From an uncultured Candidatus Saccharibacteria bacterium (GTDB taxonomy: Bacteria; Patescibacteriota; Minisyncoccia; CAIUEV01): 40,776 nucleotides of DNA. The notes under the pieces are model-generated. The model was not told the origin of the DNA. It was given only the letters and a program-made list of their open reading frames with translations, and made no database searches. The position numbers and the translations under genes were made by a program. The DNA lies in assembly GCA_964602125.1 (NCBI GenBank), contig CAZRPR010000001.1:21890-62665 (forward strand), in the 5' to 3' direction. Below are positions 38,804 through 40,776 of this stretch, one piece after another (positions within the stretch are counted from its first letter, which is position 1; each line of letters begins with the position of its first letter).

Positions 38804-40762
38804 ATGTTTCAAGTTTTTTCCGATTTCAAGCCGGCCGGCGATCAGCCTCAAGCCATAGCCAGCTTGACCAAAGGAATCAAAAAAAATTTAGATTTTCAAA
38901 CATTACTCGGTGTTACCGGATCGGGTAAGACTTTTACAGTGGCCAAATTAATTGAAGAAGTACAAAAACCAACACTGGTCATTGCCCACAATAAAACTTT
39001 AGCCGCTCAGCTAACTCAAGAATTTCGCACTTTTTTTCCCAAAAACGCCGTTGAATATTTTGTTTCCTATTATGACTACTACCAACCGGAGGCGTATATG
39101 CCCGGAACCGACACTTACATTGAAAAAGAGGCTCAAATCAATGAAGAGATAGACCGACTAAGACACTCCGCCACTTCCTCCTTACTCTCTCGAAGAGACG
39201 TAATCGTCGTCGCCTCTGTCTCCTGCATTTACGGTTTAGGTTCTCCGGAATTTTATGAAAATATTTCTTTAAGATTTGAAAAGGGAGATACTATTAACCG
39301 AGAAGAGGTTATCAAAAAATTAATCGACAATCATTTCGATCGTTCTGATTTACTCAGTCGAGGAAAATTTCGAGTTCGGGGAGAAAATTTTGAGATCGTT
39401 CCCACGGGCAGGGAAGTGGTCATTCGCATCAAAGCTAAAAACGGTATTATTACAGACATTTCCGAATACGATCTTTTTTCCCGTGAAGAGTTAGGTTCTC
39501 TAGATAAAGCACTCATCTATCCAGCTAAACATTTTGTCGTACCGGAACCAGTAGTAACCGAGGCGTTGAAAGAAATAGAGCAAGAAATGAAGGAACAAGT
39601 TAAGTTTTTTAAAAGCCATAAAAAACTGCTGGAAGCGGAAAGAATTCGACGAAGAACCCTTCAAGATTTAGAGATGATAAAAGAAATTGGCTATTGTAAC
39701 GGCATTGAAAATTATTCTCGCTATCTATCCGGCCGCCAAAAAGGTGAAGCCCCTTACACCTTAATTGATTACTTTCCTAAAGATTTTTTGATGGTTATTG
39801 ACGAATCACACGTCACTGTACCGCAAATTGGTGGTATGTATGAAGGTGATCGGTCACGCAAAAAAACTTTAATCGAAAATGGTTTTCGTCTGCCCAGCGC
39901 TTTGGACAATCGCCCCCTGCATTTTACTGAGTTTGAGGAAAAAATTAATCAGTTGGTTTTTACTTCCGCCACCCCCGGCAAATACGAAAAGCAAAAAACT
40001 CAAAAAATAGTTGAACAAATTATTCGACCGACCGGATTGGTTGATCCAGAAATAACAGTCAAGAAGGCGGAGGGGCAAATTAAAGATGTAGTCGAAGAAA
40101 TTGAATCAAACATCCTCAAAAAAGAACGTGTTTTGGTTACCACTCTCACCAAAAAAATGGCGGAGGATCTTTCCGCTTTTCTGCGAGAGAAAAAAATCAA
40201 GTCCAGTTACATTCATTCCGACGTTGATACTTTAGAAAGAATCAATATTTTAAATAAACTTCGCAAGGGGGAATTTGATGTTTTAATCGGCGTAAATTTA
40301 CTTCGAGAAGGTCTCGACTTACCGGAAGTTTCTCTGGTGGCCATTCTCGACGCTGATAAAGAAGGATTTTTACGCAATGAAACTTCCTTGATCCAAACCA
40401 TTGGTCGAGCGGCTCGTAATGTCTCCGGTCGAGTCATTCTTTACGCCGACCGAATCACCGGTTCGATGGAGCGCGCCATCCACGAAACTTCACGCCGCCG
40501 AAAGAAGCAAATCGCCTACAACCTAAAAAACAATATCACTCCGCAAACCATTCAAAAACAAATTAAATCCATTACTGACGGCGGTAGTATTTTAAGTAAG
40601 AATAGGGACTTTACTCGCTTGGCCAGCCTTGAAAACATTGAAAGCTACATCAAGCAACGCGAGACGGAAATGAAGGAAGCGGCTCGTAATTTGGAATTCG
40701 AAAAGGCGGCCTTCATCCGCGACGAAATCGGTGAATTGCACAAGTTAAGACACAAAGATTGA
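38804..40762 (+). CDS. uvrB: Excinuclease ABC subunit B
   Basis: 652 aa. GDQP.AI, GVTGSGKT, the DESH box (IDESHVT), helicase motifs V/VI (GRAARN) and the C-terminal UVR domain (EFEKAAFIRDEI). Confidence 0.95.
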   Translation: MFQVFSDFKPAGDQPQAIASLTKGIKKNLDFQTLLGVTGSGKTFTVAKLIEEVQKPTLVIAHNKTLAAQLTQEFRTFFPKNAVEYFVSYYDYYQPEAYMPGTDTYIEKEAQINEEIDRLRHSATSSLLSRRDVIVVASVSCIYGLGSPEFYENISLRFEKGDTINREEVIKKLIDNHFDRSDLLSRGKFRVRGENFEIVPTGREVVIRIKAKNGIITDISEYDLFSREELGSLDKALIYPAKHFVVPEPVVTEALKEIEQEMKEQVKFFKSHKKLLEAERIRRRTLQDLEMIKEIGYCNGIENYSRYLSGRQKGEAPYTLIDYFPKDFLMVIDESHVTVPQIGGMYEGDRSRKKTLIENGFRLPSALDNRPLHFTEFEEKINQLVFTSATPGKYEKQKTQKIVEQIIRPTGLVDPEITVKKAEGQIKDVVEEIESNILKKERVLVTTLTKKMAEDLSAFLREKKIKSSYIHSDVDTLERINILNKLRKGEFDVLIGVNLLREGLDLPEVSLVAILDADKEGFLRNETSLIQTIGRAARNVSGRVILYADRITGSMERAIHETSRRRKKQIAYNLKNNITPQTIQKQIKSITDGGSILSKNRDFTRLASLENIESYIKQRETEMKEAARNLEFEKAAFIRDEIGELHKLRHKD

Positions 40763-40776
40763 TTTATAAAACCAAA

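Noticed and set aside
1-40776. Heptamer arrays as CRISPR arrays
   Set aside because: The repeat unit is 7 nt, directly tandem and without spacers, and no cas genes are present. These are not CRISPR.

Overview
Low-GC, gene-dense bacterial window with about 40 protein genes, 5 intact tRNAs, no rRNA, no CRISPR and standard stop codons. Recognisable genes are typA, a DEAD-box helicase, leuS, ruvX, uvrB, two class III (anaerobic) ribonucleotide reductase genes, a desulfoferrodoxin/rubrerythrin cluster, an AbrB/RelE toxin-antitoxin pair, a PilO-like protein and a 1754-aa DUF2341/LamG surface protein. There are also many small orphan membrane or secreted proteins. This content suggests an anaerobic, small-genome, CPR/Patescibacteria-like organism (inference only). 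The unusual biology is mostly non-coding and comes in nested layers. (1) A family of 50-70 nt repeat arms has conserved boxes AATCCCCTCTTGAGAGGGGTG and CGGGGTGTGT. One inverted pair exactly frames a DUF559 (Vsr-like) nuclease gene, another forms an ORF-less MITE-like hairpin, and one arm is solo. (2) A 20-nt palindrome CCTGCCT(A/G)CCGGCAGGCAGG occurs five times: inside two of those arms, inside a heptamer array, and at the identical D-loop position of two tRNA-derived fragments that sit next to intact tRNAs with the same anticodon. (3) Heptanucleotide tandem arrays (CCCTTGT, AAAAGTT/AACTTTT, AT-rich NNNNAAT types) fill many 3' intergenic regions and in several cases supply the stop codon of the adjacent gene. 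(4) Both class III RNR genes lack a fused glycyl-radical domain. One has that domain as a separate in-frame 56-aa mini-ORF after two TAA stops; the other is truncated inside its Zn-ribbon by a heptamer array. No NrdG activase is visible. Other items worth a second look are a roughly 200-nt structured intergenic RNA candidate, a perfect 61-bp direct repeat flanking a cell-wall-hydrolase gene, and an alkylation-repair gene starting 5 nt after a tRNA. All calls come from reading the sequence and motif memory; no searches were run.
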